A DNA stretch of 64,000 nt from an uncultured Thermotogae bacterium (GCA_964447445.1 CAYUSW010000065.1:1106-65105); one strand, 5' to 3'. Positions 18,059 to 27,886 are shown, counted from the first letter of the stretch. Notes: a model not told the origin generated them from the sequence alone. Translations and numbers: made by a program.

Positions 18059-18673
18059 GTGGAACAGCGCTCCAATCCGGCGGAACCCCTGAGCCTGGAG
18101 TCCCTGGGCGCCCGCGCGAGAGGCTGCACTCAGTGCGCTTTGTCGGCCGCCCGCACGAAGGTCGTGTTCGGCGAGGGCCCGGCGCAGACGCGCCTCATGA
18201 TGGTCGGCGAGGGACCCGGGGAGGTCGAGGACACGACCGGACGGCCCTTCGTCGGGCCGGCTGGCCAGAAGCTCGACGAAGTGATGGCGTCCGTCGGGAT
18301 TCGCCGCGAAGACTCGTACATCACCAACATCGTGAAGTGCCGCCCTCCCGGGAATCGCGTCCCGGCCCGGGGCGAGATGGAGGCGTGTTTCCCCTACCTT
18401 GAGGCGCAGATCGCTCTCATCCAGCCCTCGCTTATCGTCACGCTGGGGAACACGCCGACTCAGTGGTTCTTGCCAGATACTCCCGGAATCACCCAATCGC
18501 ATGGGACGTTCTTCGCGTGGCGGGGCGGGATTGCGCTCTTCCCGATGTTCCATCCGAGCTACCTTCTCCGGTACCCGTCGAAGGAGAAGGGAGGCCCGAA
18601 GTACCTTGCCTGGCTTGACATCCAGAAGGTCAGGGCATGGCTTGACGAACATGGCGCCGGCGGGAGCTCGTAA
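18059..18673 (+). CDS. uracil-DNA glycosylase, family 4
   Basis: CTQCALSAARTKVVFGEGP...MMVGEGPG and the HPSYLLR motif are typical of family-4 (thermostable type) UDG. Confidence 0.85.
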   Translation: MEQRSNPAEPLSLESLGARARGCTQCALSAARTKVVFGEGPAQTRLMMVGEGPGEVEDTTGRPFVGPAGQKLDEVMASVGIRREDSYITNIVKCRPPGNRVPARGEMEACFPYLEAQIALIQPSLIVTLGNTPTQWFLPDTPGITQSHGTFFAWRGGIALFPMFHPSYLLRYPSKEKGGPKYLAWLDIQKVRAWLDEHGAGGSS

Positions 18674-18835
18674 GGATCTCGGGAAGGCCCCACACGGAGG
18701 CGGTCGTTAGGGTCTCCATTCGGGAGGATCTGAAAGCACAGCATTCCGATGGGTCTTGCGTTTGACGGACTCGGATGCATCACGTATAGTCTGTGCCGCG
18801 TTCACCCTCTGCGGAATCGGAAAGGAAGGGCATTC

Positions 18836-20599
18836 TTGGCACGGAAGAGGATCTACGAGATCGCTCACGAACTCGGTGTCTCGAGCAAGGAACTCATCAC
18901 CAAGCTCGAGGAGATGGGAATGCCCGGCATGAAGGCGGCGAACTCCGTCGAGGAAGAGGAGTACGCGCTCATCGCGCAGCTGTACAGGGAGCCCGGGAAG
19001 CCGGCGCCGCAGGAGGAGAAGGGAGAGGCCAAGGCTGCACCCTCCTCCGCGACGGCAACGGCTCAAGCTTCCCCGCCGAAGAAGCAGCGGGCGCCGAGAC
19101 ACGGCGCGCCGCGCCCTCCGATCGTGTCGGTCCTCGGGCACATCGACCACGGCAAGACAACGCTGCTGGACGCAATCCGTCACTCGCACCTCGCGGCCAA
19201 AGAGGCCGGCGGCATCACGCAGGGCGTCGCAGCGTATCAGGCGGATCTCCGCGGACGCCGAATCACCTTCATCGACACGCCGGGGCATAAGGCCTTCACG
19301 GGCATGCGTGCCCGCGGCGCGAGTGCGACGGACATTGCGATCCTTGTCGTTGCTGCCGACGACGGGGTCATGACGCAGACGATCGAGGCGATGGATCACA
19401 TCAAAGCTGCCCAGATCCCGATGATCGTCGCCATCAATAAGGTGGACAAGGCAAACGCCGACGTGAACAAAGTCATGTCGGATCTTGCGAAGCACGGACT
19501 GACTCCCGAAGCGTGGGGCGGCGATACGGTCACGGTCGAGATCTCCGCCTTGCAGGGCACGAAGGTGGAAGACCTGCTGGAGATGATCCTCCTCGTGGCG
19601 GAGATGGAGGACCTGCGTGCCGACCCGAAGGGCGTTTTGGAGGCAGTGATCATCGAGAGCCACCTTTCGGCCGGCCGAGGACCGGTGGCGACGGCGATCG
19701 TGCGTGACGGTACCCTTCGCGAGAAAGACTGGGCCGTCGCGGGCTCGACGTACGGGCGGGTGAAGGCGTTGCTTGACGAGACCGGCCAGCGGGTGCCCGA
19801 AGCGAAGCCCGGCGACGCCGTCGAGGTTCTCGGCTTCGACGAGGTTCCCGTGGTTGGGACGCAGATCACGATCGCCAAGGATCAGGCCGCTGCAAAGCGG
19901 GCGGTGGAGTCGGCGCAGCAGGATCTGAAGCCCAAGCAGGCAAGGCGCGTTCTGTCGTTTGACGAACTGCTCGCGCAGGCCGAGGAGAAGCTCCGACTCC
20001 AGCTCATCCTGAAGGCATCCTCGAGCGGAGCTCTGGAGGCGGCACGGAGAGAGCTCGAAGGCCTGAGCATTGAAGGTGTCGAGCTCTCCATTCTGCACGC
20101 TGGCGTCGGCACGATCTCGGAGAGCGATGTCCTCCTCGCGACGTCCGTTCAGGACGAATCTTTCGTTGTGGGTTTCGGTGTGAAGGCCGACGGGAAGGCG
20201 GCAAAGGCGGCCGAGGAGCACGGGGTCCTGGTGCTGACCTACGACATCATCTATGACCTCGTAGATGAGATCGAGCGATCCCTCAAGCGGAAGCTGGCCC
20301 CGGAGTTCGAGGAAGTGATCGTCGGATCGGCCGAAGTGCGGAACGTGTTCAAGGTCCCGACCGGAAAAGTCGCCGGGTGCTTCGTCGCGGACGGGAAGGT
20401 GACGAAGAAAAGCCGCGTGAGGGTTCTTCGCGGCGACCAGGAAGCCTTCGTAGGCGAGATCGCGTCGCTGCGGCGGTTCGAGGACGACGTCCGCGAGGTG
20501 CTGATGGGGAGGGAGTGCGGCATCCGCCTCAAGGATTTCGATGACGTTCAGGTCGGCGATCGGCTGGTCGTGTTCGACCTCAAGGAAGTCGAGCGATAG
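18836..20599 (+). CDS. infB: translation initiation factor IF-2 (short form)
   Basis: The N-terminal IF2_N segment [20 protein letters not shown], the GTPase domain ([23 protein letters not shown]) and C-terminal domains are all present. Start assigned to TTG 18836 preceded by GGAAAGGAAGG. The track's ATG 18749 adds an unalignable 29 aa. Confidence 0.88.
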   Translation: MARKRIYEIAHELGVSSKELITKLEEMGMPGMKAANSVEEEEYALIAQLYREPGKPAPQEEKGEAKAAPSSATATAQASPPKKQRAPRHGAPRPPIVSVLGHIDHGKTTLLDAIRHSHLAAKEAGGITQGVAAYQADLRGRRITFIDTPGHKAFTGMRARGASATDIAILVVAADDGVMTQTIEAMDHIKAAQIPMIVAINKVDKANADVNKVMSDLAKHGLTPEAWGGDTVTVEISALQGTKVEDLLEMILLVAEMEDLRADPKGVLEAVIIESHLSAGRGPVATAIVRDGTLREKDWAVAGSTYGRVKALLDETGQRVPEAKPGDAVEVLGFDEVPVVGTQITIAKDQAAAKRAVESAQQDLKPKQARRVLSFDELLAQAEEKLRLQLILKASSSGALEAARRELEGLSIEGVELSILHAGVGTISESDVLLATSVQDESFVVGFGVKADGKAAKAAEEHGVLVLTYDIIYDLVDEIERSLKRKLAPEFEEVIVGSAEVRNVFKVPTGKVAGCFVADGKVTKKSRVRVLRGDQEAFVGEIASLRRFEDDVREVLMGRECGIRLKDFDDVQVGDRLVVFDLKEVER

Positions 20600-20605
20600 G
20601 GACCG

Positions 20606-20890
20606 ATGAGGGCCGGGCTGCTGACGCTCACGTACCGGCTGTTCGGGGTGCAGTCCATCAAAGAGAGGCGCGCGATCGTGAAACACCTCATCGCGCAGGT
20701 TCACGCGGAGGGCCCTGCATTCGCGGCGTGCGAGATCGACCCTGACGGAGGCCTGCGCCGCGCGGCTATCCGCGTGGCGCATCTCTCGGAGGACGCTGCG
20801 CGGACAGCGGTTGTGCTGGCCCATCTCAGCGATCGGCTCGAGCGAGGCAACGGCTTCGAGGCGACGAGTGCGGAGACGGAGATCCTGTGA
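20606..20890 (+). CDS. DUF503 family protein (YlxP-like)
   Basis: 94 aa, in the conserved position between infB and rbfA. Confidence 0.7.
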   Translation: MRAGLLTLTYRLFGVQSIKERRAIVKHLIAQVHAEGPAFAACEIDPDGGLRRAAIRVAHLSEDAARTAVVLAHLSDRLERGNGFEATSAETEIL

Positions 20891-21279
20891 GCGGGCGGAA
20901 GAACGCGCGACTTCGCGAGGACATCCAACGGGTGCTGTCTGGAATTCTGGAGTTCGAGAGCCGCGATCCGGTGGTTCGGGAGGCTTTCCCCACGCTGATG
21001 GATGTCCGCCTTTCGGTGGACGGTCGCTACGCCAGGGTCTACGTGGCGGTCGCGGGCGATGTTCGCCGCGACGATGTGGAGAAGGCACTGATGCAGGACC
21101 GTGGCTTCTATCGGAGCATGTTGGCGGAGCGCCTCGCGCTGCGCCACACTCCGGAACTCCGATTCGTCCTCGATGAGACGGTCGAGCGATCCCTGCGGCT
21201 CGGGGATCTGCTTCGCGAGGACGAGGCGAACGTGCTGCGAGAGGGTGAACCCGAAGCGAGCGAGGATGGGACACCATGA
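20887..21279 (+). CDS. rbfA: ribosome-binding factor A
   Basis: The RbfA KH-like pattern (RLREDIQRVLSGIL...RVYVAV...GFYRSMLAERLALRHTPELRF) is present. Its start overlaps the upstream stop. Confidence 0.85.
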   Translation: MSGRKNARLREDIQRVLSGILEFESRDPVVREAFPTLMDVRLSVDGRYARVYVAVAGDVRRDDVEKALMQDRGFYRSMLAERLALRHTPELRFVLDETVERSLRLGDLLREDEANVLREGEPEASEDGTP

Positions 21280-23006
21280 ACCGGGATCTGGAGATCGCGC
21301 GCTCGGTCGTGCCGCGGCCCATTGCTGAGATTGCGGCGAACCTGGGCCTGCGTGGAGACGAACTCATACCCTTCGGGGACGTCATGGCCAAAGTGCGGCT
21401 GTCCGCCTACGTCGACCGCCGTGAGCGGCCGGACGGCAAGTACGTGGATGTGACGGCCATCACGCCGACGCCGCTCGGCGAAGGCAAGACCACGACGACT
21501 CTCGGCCTTGTGCAGGGTCTGGCTTGTAGGGGGAAGCGCGCGGTGGCGTGCATCCGGCAGCCGTCGCAGGGTCCGACGTTCGGGATCAAGGGAGGAGCGG
21601 CGGGCGGTGGGCACGCCCAGGTGATTCCGATGGAGGATCTGAACCTTCATCTGACGGGCGACTTCCACGCCGTCACCGCTGCCCACAATCTGATCGCTGC
21701 GGCGCTCGATGCCCGGCTGTTCCACGAGCGGGACTTCAGCGACGCCGGCTTGGCGGGTCGTGGACTCCGACGCCTTCACATCGATCCGCAGGGCGTTGTG
21801 TGGCACAGGGTGATCGACACGTGCGACCGTGCGCTGCGTAACGTGGTTGTTGGCCTGGGGGCGAGAGGGGACGGCATCCCGCGGCAGTCGGGGTTCGAGA
21901 TTACCGCGGCGTCGGAACTCATGGCCTGCCTTGCGCTCGCCGACGATCTTGCCGATCTCCGACGGCGCATTGGGCGAGTGATCGTCGCCTACTCGGTCGA
22001 CGGGAGCCCGGTGACCGCCGAGGATCTCGGAGTGGCCGGAGCGGCGGCTGTGCTGATGAAGGAGACGGTGCACCCGACCCTCCTGCAGACGCTCGAGGGG
22101 CAGGGCGTGTTCGTCCACGCGGGTCCATTTGCCAACATTGCGCATGGCAACTCGTCGGTCATCGCGGATCGCCTCGCCCTCAAGCTGGCCGACGTTGTCG
22201 TCACCGAGTCCGGATTCGGCGCGGACGTCGGAATGGAGAAGTTCTTCGATATCAAGTGCCGGGCGAGCGGGCTCTTTCCCGATGTGGTCGTGCTGGTGGC
22301 TACCGTTCGCGCCCTCAAGATGCACGGCGGCGGACCGCGCGTGTCGCCTGGGAAGCCTCTTCCGGAGGCGTACACCCGCGAGGACCTGCGACTTCTCGAA
22401 GCGGGTCTGCCGAACCTGATGCATCACCTCGGGATCGCGCGGAAGTTCGGTGTCCCTTCGGTGGTGGCGGTGAACCGGTTTCCCGAGGACACTCCGCGCG
22501 AGCTGGACATGGTGTGTCGCGCGGCTCGCGGAGCGGGCGGAGCGGCCGTCGTGGCCGATCACTGGGCAAGGGGCGGCGAAGGGGCGATCGATCTTGCCGA
22601 CGCCGTCGGCGACGCGTGGCGCGCAGAGAAGTCGCCCAGGTTCCTCTACCCGCTGGACCTCCCGCTGCGAGAGAAGATCGAGACGATCGCCCGGGAGATC
22701 TATGGCGCGGGGAGCGTCCTCTACGGCGAAGGGGCTGAGAGGGACCTCGAACGCTGCGAGCGACTCGGCTACGGCAAGCTTCCCGTGTGCATGGCGAAGA
22801 CCCATCTGTCTCTGTCGCACGACCCCTCTCTGAAGGGAGCTCCGCAGGGGTTCACGCTTCCGGTGCGCGAAATCCGCGTCAGTGCGGGCGCCGGCTTCGT
22901 CTATCCGCTGTGTGGCGCGATGCAGACCATGCCCGGCCTTCCGGCTCGTCCGGTGTTCATGGGCATCGACCTCGATCCCGAAGGCGATGTGAGAGGCCTT
23001 TCGTAG
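21276..23006 (+). CDS. fhs: formate--tetrahydrofolate ligase
   Basis: PTPLGEGKTTTTLGL P-loop. 576 aa collinear with FTHFS. Confidence 0.9.
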   Translation: MNRDLEIARSVVPRPIAEIAANLGLRGDELIPFGDVMAKVRLSAYVDRRERPDGKYVDVTAITPTPLGEGKTTTTLGLVQGLACRGKRAVACIRQPSQGPTFGIKGGAAGGGHAQVIPMEDLNLHLTGDFHAVTAAHNLIAAALDARLFHERDFSDAGLAGRGLRRLHIDPQGVVWHRVIDTCDRALRNVVVGLGARGDGIPRQSGFEITAASELMACLALADDLADLRRRIGRVIVAYSVDGSPVTAEDLGVAGAAAVLMKETVHPTLLQTLEGQGVFVHAGPFANIAHGNSSVIADRLALKLADVVVTESGFGADVGMEKFFDIKCRASGLFPDVVVLVATVRALKMHGGGPRVSPGKPLPEAYTREDLRLLEAGLPNLMHHLGIARKFGVPSVVAVNRFPEDTPRELDMVCRAARGAGGAAVVADHWARGGEGAIDLADAVGDAWRAEKSPRFLYPLDLPLREKIETIAREIYGAGSVLYGEGAERDLERCERLGYGKLPVCMAKTHLSLSHDPSLKGAPQGFTLPVREIRVSAGAGFVYPLCGAMQTMPGLPARPVFMGIDLDPEGDVRGLS

Positions 23007-23080
23007 CAGGTTCGAGCATTCGGATGCCCGGATGGGCTTGCGTGTTGCCTCCGTGGCCGTCGAGGAGTATGGTCAGCGCG

Positions 23081-24535
23081 ATGAGAAACCAAGAACAGAT
23101 CGACGTTCGGGCGTTGTTCGCGCTGCACCCCTTTGCTCGAGTCATCCTCGAGCGGCTATCCGCCGCCGGACACGAGTCGGTGCTGATCGGTGGCGTTGTC
23201 CGCGATGGCTTGCGCGCCCTCTGGGGGGAGGATGTGGACTACCCGCCAGCGGACGTGGACATTGCCACCGCGGCCCTTCCGGCGGAGATCCGATGGCTCT
23301 TTGACGGGCACCCCATTGTCGGCGTGGGCGAGGAGTTCGGCGTCATCATCATCGTCGCGCCCGACGGGCGTCCCTACGAGGTTGCGACGTACCGCGTCGA
23401 GGGGGAGTACGACGGCCGGTGGCCGGGCCGCGTCGAGCTTGTCCGCGATCTGGCGGGCGACGTTCGCCGGCGAGATCTCACGATCAACGGATTGGCCGCG
23501 ACCGCGGACGGGCGGGTCATCGATCTTGTCGGGGGCGTCGATGACCTCAAGGCGAGGCGCATCCGGGCGATCGGAGATCCAGCCATTCGCTTTGGCGAGG
23601 ATTACCTGCGCATGCTGCGGGCAGTCCGTTTTGCGTGCCAGATCGACGGAGAAGTCGAACCGTCGACCGCGGAAGCCATTGCGGCGCACGCCGGAAAGCT
23701 CGCGGCCATCTCAGGGGAGCGGGTGCGCGATGAGGTCCTGCGACTGCTCGGCACGCCGCGTGCGTGCCGCGGCGTCAGACTCCTCGACGAGCTCGGGCTA
23801 CTACCGGAAATCTTGCCGGAGCTGTCGGCTGGGAAGGGAGTGGCCCAGCCGGAGATCTACCATCCGGAGGGCGACGTCTTCGAACACACCCTTGAGGCCT
23901 TGCGCATAGCGGACCTCTTCATCCGCGATCCCCTCGTGAAACTGGCGGTGCTTCTTCACGACGTGGGGAAACCACAGGCCCTCGAAAGAAACGAGGGAGC
24001 GAACATGGGCGGGCACTGCGCGCTGGGAGCATGGCAGACCAAGCGAATCGCGCAGCGCCTACGGCTGAGTCGGGCCGACGCCGGGAGGCTCGTCTTCGCC
24101 GTCAAGAACCACATGCGGATCGCTGACTTCCCCGAGATGGGAAGAGGCAAGCAAGTGCTCTTCCTCACGGAAGGCGAAGTCCAGGGCGCGCGATGCTTCG
24201 CGGAGCGCTACCCGCGGTTCTTCGAACTACTCCAACTCCTCGTCGCAGACTGCGAGGCCAGCGCGCACCGAGCGGCGGGGTGGGAGCCGATCCTGGTGGA
24301 GACCCTGCGGGTGGTCTTGCACGTCGAGCGAGTGGGCGACGTGCGTCGGGCGCGCGAGCTTGTGGACGGTCACGATCTGAAGGAGCTGGGGATGCCGGAC
24401 GGGCCGGACATGGGTCGACTCCTCGACGTGCTCCACGATCGCATCCTGGCTGGCGAGATCACGTCGCGGGCGGAGGCCATAGAGACGGCACGGGGCCTGC
24501 TCCGGACCCGGCAGGGGACGCTCGGGGGGCAGTGA
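23081..24535 (+). CDS. cca: CCA tRNA nucleotidyltransferase (class II, with C-terminal HD domain)
   Basis: Pol-beta nucleotidyltransferase head (LIGGVVRD...DVDIAT...RDLTING) and an HD segment (LLHDVGKP). The track ORF begins inside fhs. An in-frame ATG at 23081 or 23069 is the likely start. Confidence 0.8.
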   Translation: MRNQEQIDVRALFALHPFARVILERLSAAGHESVLIGGVVRDGLRALWGEDVDYPPADVDIATAALPAEIRWLFDGHPIVGVGEEFGVIIIVAPDGRPYEVATYRVEGEYDGRWPGRVELVRDLAGDVRRRDLTINGLAATADGRVIDLVGGVDDLKARRIRAIGDPAIRFGEDYLRMLRAVRFACQIDGEVEPSTAEAIAAHAGKLAAISGERVRDEVLRLLGTPRACRGVRLLDELGLLPEILPELSAGKGVAQPEIYHPEGDVFEHTLEALRIADLFIRDPLVKLAVLLHDVGKPQALERNEGANMGGHCALGAWQTKRIAQRLRLSRADAGRLVFAVKNHMRIADFPEMGRGKQVLFLTEGEVQGARCFAERYPRFFELLQLLVADCEASAHRAAGWEPILVETLRVVLHVERVGDVRRARELVDGHDLKELGMPDGPDMGRLLDVLHDRILAGEITSRAEAIETARGLLRTRQGTLGGQ

Positions 24536-24634
24536 CGGGACAGGCGACCCCTGGGAATTGACCCGCCCCCTGTACCTTCTCCCTGCGCCGCGGGCGGCAA
24601 CGAGTGCGGGTTCCGCGGGACGGGCAGGGGGAAG

Positions 24635-26167
24635 ATGGGGACGCCACTCAGCATCAGCAGGGACCTTGAGCTCGACCTCGAAACCCTCATTGGGCAATGC
24701 ATTGCGATCCTGGGGATCCGGGGATCCGGCAAGTCAAACACCGCGGGGGTCATCTTCGAGGAGCTGCTCTCGAACAACTACCCCATGTCCATCGTCGACA
24801 TCGAGGGAGAGTACTTCGGATTAAAGGAGAAATACGAAGTACTGGTGGTCGGCACGGGAGACGGGGTGGAGATCGAGATCGACGCCGGGTGCGCGGCGGA
24901 GATCGCCGAGGTCAGCATGGAGAAAAACGTCCCGGTCGTTCTCGACCTCAGCGGGTTCCTCTCGGACGAAAGGAACGAACTGCTGATGGAGTACCTCTCC
25001 AGCCTCTGGAACCTGGCGGGCACCCTCCGGCGTCCCTACATCATCGGAATCGAAGAGGCGCACGAGTTCATACCGCAGGGCGTGAAGACCGAACTCAAGG
25101 AGATGATCGCCCGCATTGCACTGCGCGGCCGCAAGCGCGGCTTGGGGGCTATCGTTGTCTCCCAACGCAGCGCGAAGGTGGACAAGGACGTGTTGAGTCA
25201 GGCTGGCATGCTGCTCCTGCACCGCGTTGTTCACGAGGTCGACATGCGGGTGTACAGCGAGCTTCTTCCGTGGCGGAAGAGCGAGGTGAAAGAGATCATC
25301 GCGTCGCTGGAAACCGGGAACTGCATTTTCGTGAACGGCGAGATCGTCCGTCCGATCTACGTACGCGAACGTGCGACGTTCCATGCGGGGTTCACTCCGT
25401 CACTCGAGGCCGTGGCGACGCCTGAACTGAAGCAGGTGAGCGCCTCTATCATTGAAGCGATCGAACGAGCGCGCGAGGGTCGCGGACGCCGAACGCGGGC
25501 CCAGGAACTCGAAGAGCAGCTTTCCAGAATGCAGGAGAGGGTAGCGGAGAGAGACCAGAGGATCGCCGAACTGGAGGAGACAGCGCGGACGCTGGGGTAC
25601 ATCAAGGTCGAAGTCCCGCAGCCCGCGCCGACGATCGTCACTCAAGATCCCCTGCCCCGAGCTGCCGCGGACGCCGAGTTCGTTTCCGAATCACCGAGTT
25701 CGGCGCGGCGCGACCTTGTGGAGGCCAGAGCCGCGGCGCGCGAACGCGTTGCAGCGGAGACTGGGTGGGGGGTCATCGAGGTCGCACAGCCGGGGCCGAC
25801 AGCGGCCGGCCTTCCTCCGGCCGTCGGGCGGCACATCGACCGCCTCGTGGCTCGGGTGGAGCGCCGAAGTCTGTTGGAGCGCCGCGTTCTGGCGTTTCTC
25901 GTCGAGCACGCTCCCGGCTCGTACACCGCGTCGCAAATCGCCGCGTGGACCAACTGCGCACGAGAGATGATCGAAGACGAGCTGCCGCAGGAACTCCTTG
26001 AGGCGGGGCTGATCGCCCGCGAGAGGAGAACGGACGGCTTGCGCTTCCAGAGCCGACTCCGAACGTTCGTCAGCAGCGAGTTCGCCGTCTACCTTCCGGA
26101 TATTGGCGAGAGCGGCCTGCATGCAATAACCCGCCAGCTCTCAGATCGACTCGTGCGCATTCCCTAG
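24635..26167 (+). CDS. DUF87 (HerA/FtsK-superfamily) P-loop ATPase with central coiled coil and C-terminal winged-helix domain
   Basis: Walker A ILGIRGSGKSNT and the DUF87-type DIEGEY motif are present, with Walker B-like hhhhEEAHEF. Residues about 265-320 are heptad-rich (RAQELEEQLSRMQERVAERDQRIAELEE). The C-terminal about 90 aa resemble a MarR/TrmB-like wHTH (RRVLAFLVEHAPGSYTASQIAAWT...). Confidence 0.6.
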   Translation: MGTPLSISRDLELDLETLIGQCIAILGIRGSGKSNTAGVIFEELLSNNYPMSIVDIEGEYFGLKEKYEVLVVGTGDGVEIEIDAGCAAEIAEVSMEKNVPVVLDLSGFLSDERNELLMEYLSSLWNLAGTLRRPYIIGIEEAHEFIPQGVKTELKEMIARIALRGRKRGLGAIVVSQRSAKVDKDVLSQAGMLLLHRVVHEVDMRVYSELLPWRKSEVKEIIASLETGNCIFVNGEIVRPIYVRERATFHAGFTPSLEAVATPELKQVSASIIEAIERAREGRGRRTRAQELEEQLSRMQERVAERDQRIAELEETARTLGYIKVEVPQPAPTIVTQDPLPRAAADAEFVSESPSSARRDLVEARAAARERVAAETGWGVIEVAQPGPTAAGLPPAVGRHIDRLVARVERRSLLERRVLAFLVEHAPGSYTASQIAAWTNCAREMIEDELPQELLEAGLIARERRTDGLRFQSRLRTFVSSEFAVYLPDIGESGLHAITRQLSDRLVRIP

Positions 26168-26214
26168 AAGAGTCCTTGTCCAGGGCGAGGCGAGCATCCT
26201 CGGACCTCCCACCG

Positions 26215-26243
26215 TTGACCGGTCTCTCTTTTTCTGTCATAAT
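26215..26243 (+). promoter_or_regulatory. sigma70-like promoter (TTGACC-17 nt-CATAAT) for hpf
   Basis: Read directly from the sequence. A GGAAGGGGGAG ribosome-binding site precedes the hpf ATG at 26264. Confidence 0.5.
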
Positions 26244-26263
26244 CTCGTTGGAAGGGGGAGCCG

Positions 26264-26791
26264 ATGAAGATCAAGATCGCTGAGCGACACGGTCATGCAG
26301 AGTCAAGTCAGGCTTTGCGGGCGTACGTCGTCGAGAAGACGGAGGCGCTCGAGCGGTTCTTCGACCGAATCGTCAGTGTGGACGTCGTCTTGTCGTCAGA
26401 GAAGGAGCGACAGATCGCCGATCTCCACGCACACTTGACGAACAAGAAGCTCATCACGGCGCGCGAGGAATCCACGGACATGTACGCATCCGTCGACAAA
26501 GCCGTGGACCGGCTCCGCCGCCAACTGGTGAAGTTCAAAGACCAGCTTGGGGACGTGAAAGTGCGTGGCGGCGGAGGAGGCGAGCCGGATCGCGGAGGGG
26601 GCGGCGGCGAGAGGCAGATCATCAGAACCGAAACCCACTTCTACAAGCCGATGACGCCCGAGGAGGCGTCGCTTCAGCTGGAGGCGATTGAGAAGGGCTT
26701 CCTCGTGTTCATTGATGCGGAGACCGACGAAGTGGCGATCATCTACCACCGCCGGGACGGCAACTATGGCCTGATCGAGCCGCGACGATAG
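26264..26791 (+). CDS. hpf: ribosome hibernation-promoting factor (long HPF/RaiA type)
   Basis: N-terminal RaiA/YfiA fold, a Gly-rich linker (GGGGGEPDRGGGGGE) and a C-terminal dimerisation domain. Confidence 0.85.
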   Translation: MKIKIAERHGHAESSQALRAYVVEKTEALERFFDRIVSVDVVLSSEKERQIADLHAHLTNKKLITAREESTDMYASVDKAVDRLRRQLVKFKDQLGDVKVRGGGGGEPDRGGGGGERQIIRTETHFYKPMTPEEASLQLEAIEKGFLVFIDAETDEVAIIYHRRDGNYGLIEPRR

Positions 26792-26828
26792 CGCGGAGCG
26801 CTGGGGGAGGGAGGAGTCGGGGTAGGCG

Positions 26829-27881
26829 TTGGCTAAGGTTCTCGTTTTATTCTCGGGCAGTCTGGCAAGTCGCGTTGCGGCGGCGCTTGTGTTGCACCAT
26901 CCTGGTGTGCACTCCATACAGCTCCTGCACTTCCGGTCCCCGTTTGCCTCGGAGACGGAGGAGCTGCGGGAATTGGTCCGCGAGGAGTGGCCCGGAACCG
27001 TCTTCCGTACCCAGTCTCTCAAGCGGGAGTACCTGAGGTTCGTCGAGCCGGACGCTGCGCAGTTCTCGCTTCGGCAGGCGTGCCTTGAGTGTCGAGCCTT
27101 GCTCGTCTCGCGCTCGGTTCGGTACATGGCGCGCGTGGGTGCGGACTTCCTGGCCACCGGCGAACGTCTGGGACGGCATGGTTTGGGCCGCGAGGAGATG
27201 GATTGGCTGGCTGCGCGATATGATGTTCAGAGCCGTATCCTCCGGCCGCTGTGCTTCCGGGCCGGGCACGGGGACTGCGATCTTGAGGGGTGGGGCCGGC
27301 TGGGTGGCCCCCGGGCGATCCACGCCATGGACGACGAAGACCTGGCGAGGCTGGCGACATCGCTTCATTTGAGCTCGTCGAATCGAATGGGGTCGTGTGG
27401 CCGCTGCAAGCTCACGGTGCCCGGTTTCGGCGAGCGGGTCGCCAATCTGTTCGCGGAGGAGGGGTTCACGCTGAACGGCCTGCGGCTCCTCGATTTCTCG
27501 CACTACTACAAGATCGAGCCCTGGGCAAAGGTCGTAGTTGCCGTCGGAGACGAGGAGAAGCGCGAGCTCCAGAACTTGTTCCTTCCGCAGGACCTGCGCG
27601 TGTATCCGGCCACGCCGCATGGCCCGATGGCGCTCGTGCGAACGGACTGGGGAGCAAGAACAGCCGCAGAGAGGACGCGGATCCTCGAGCTGGCAGCGTG
27701 CATCACGGCAACCCACACGAGCGGCGGACGATGTACGTCGGTGCCCATCTACTACCGCCTCGAGAGTGACGACGAGACGCTTCTCCTGCACGCGAAGGCG
27801 TTTCGATCCACCGACGAGCTTCTCGAGATCCCGGGCGTTCAAGCGATGACGCTCGTGGCGGCAGCACCTGCGGCAGCTTGA
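26829..27881 (+). CDS. PP-loop (ThiI/MnmA-like adenine-nucleotide alpha-hydrolase) superfamily protein with degenerate P-loop, plus C-terminal domain of unknown function
   Basis: VLVLFSGSLASRVAA occupies the position of SGGxDS, with Gly->Ser, Asp->Ala and Ser->Ser changes. ATGERLGRHG resembles the ThiI ITGESLGQ motif. There is no THUMP or rhodanese domain. Confidence 0.45.
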   Translation: MAKVLVLFSGSLASRVAAALVLHHPGVHSIQLLHFRSPFASETEELRELVREEWPGTVFRTQSLKREYLRFVEPDAAQFSLRQACLECRALLVSRSVRYMARVGADFLATGERLGRHGLGREEMDWLAARYDVQSRILRPLCFRAGHGDCDLEGWGRLGGPRAIHAMDDEDLARLATSLHLSSSNRMGSCGRCKLTVPGFGERVANLFAEEGFTLNGLRLLDFSHYYKIEPWAKVVVAVGDEEKRELQNLFLPQDLRVYPATPHGPMALVRTDWGARTAAERTRILELAACITATHTSGGRCTSVPIYYRLESDDETLLLHAKAFRSTDELLEIPGVQAMTLVAAAPAAA

Positions 27882-27886
27882 CAGCG

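Noticed and set aside
18707-21391. 894-aa minus-strand ORF
   Set aside because: Entirely antisense to infB, DUF503 and rbfA, which have unambiguous protein signatures. Its translation is Arg/Pro-rich and low-complexity.
21108-22820. 570-aa minus-strand ORF
   Set aside because: Antisense to fhs (clear FTHFS P-loop on the plus strand).
22787-23080. N-terminal 98-aa extension of the CCA-enzyme ORF in the track
   Set aside because: It overlaps the 3' end of fhs in another frame and is Arg/Ser/Pro-rich. The nucleotidyltransferase homology begins only after the internal ATG near 23081.
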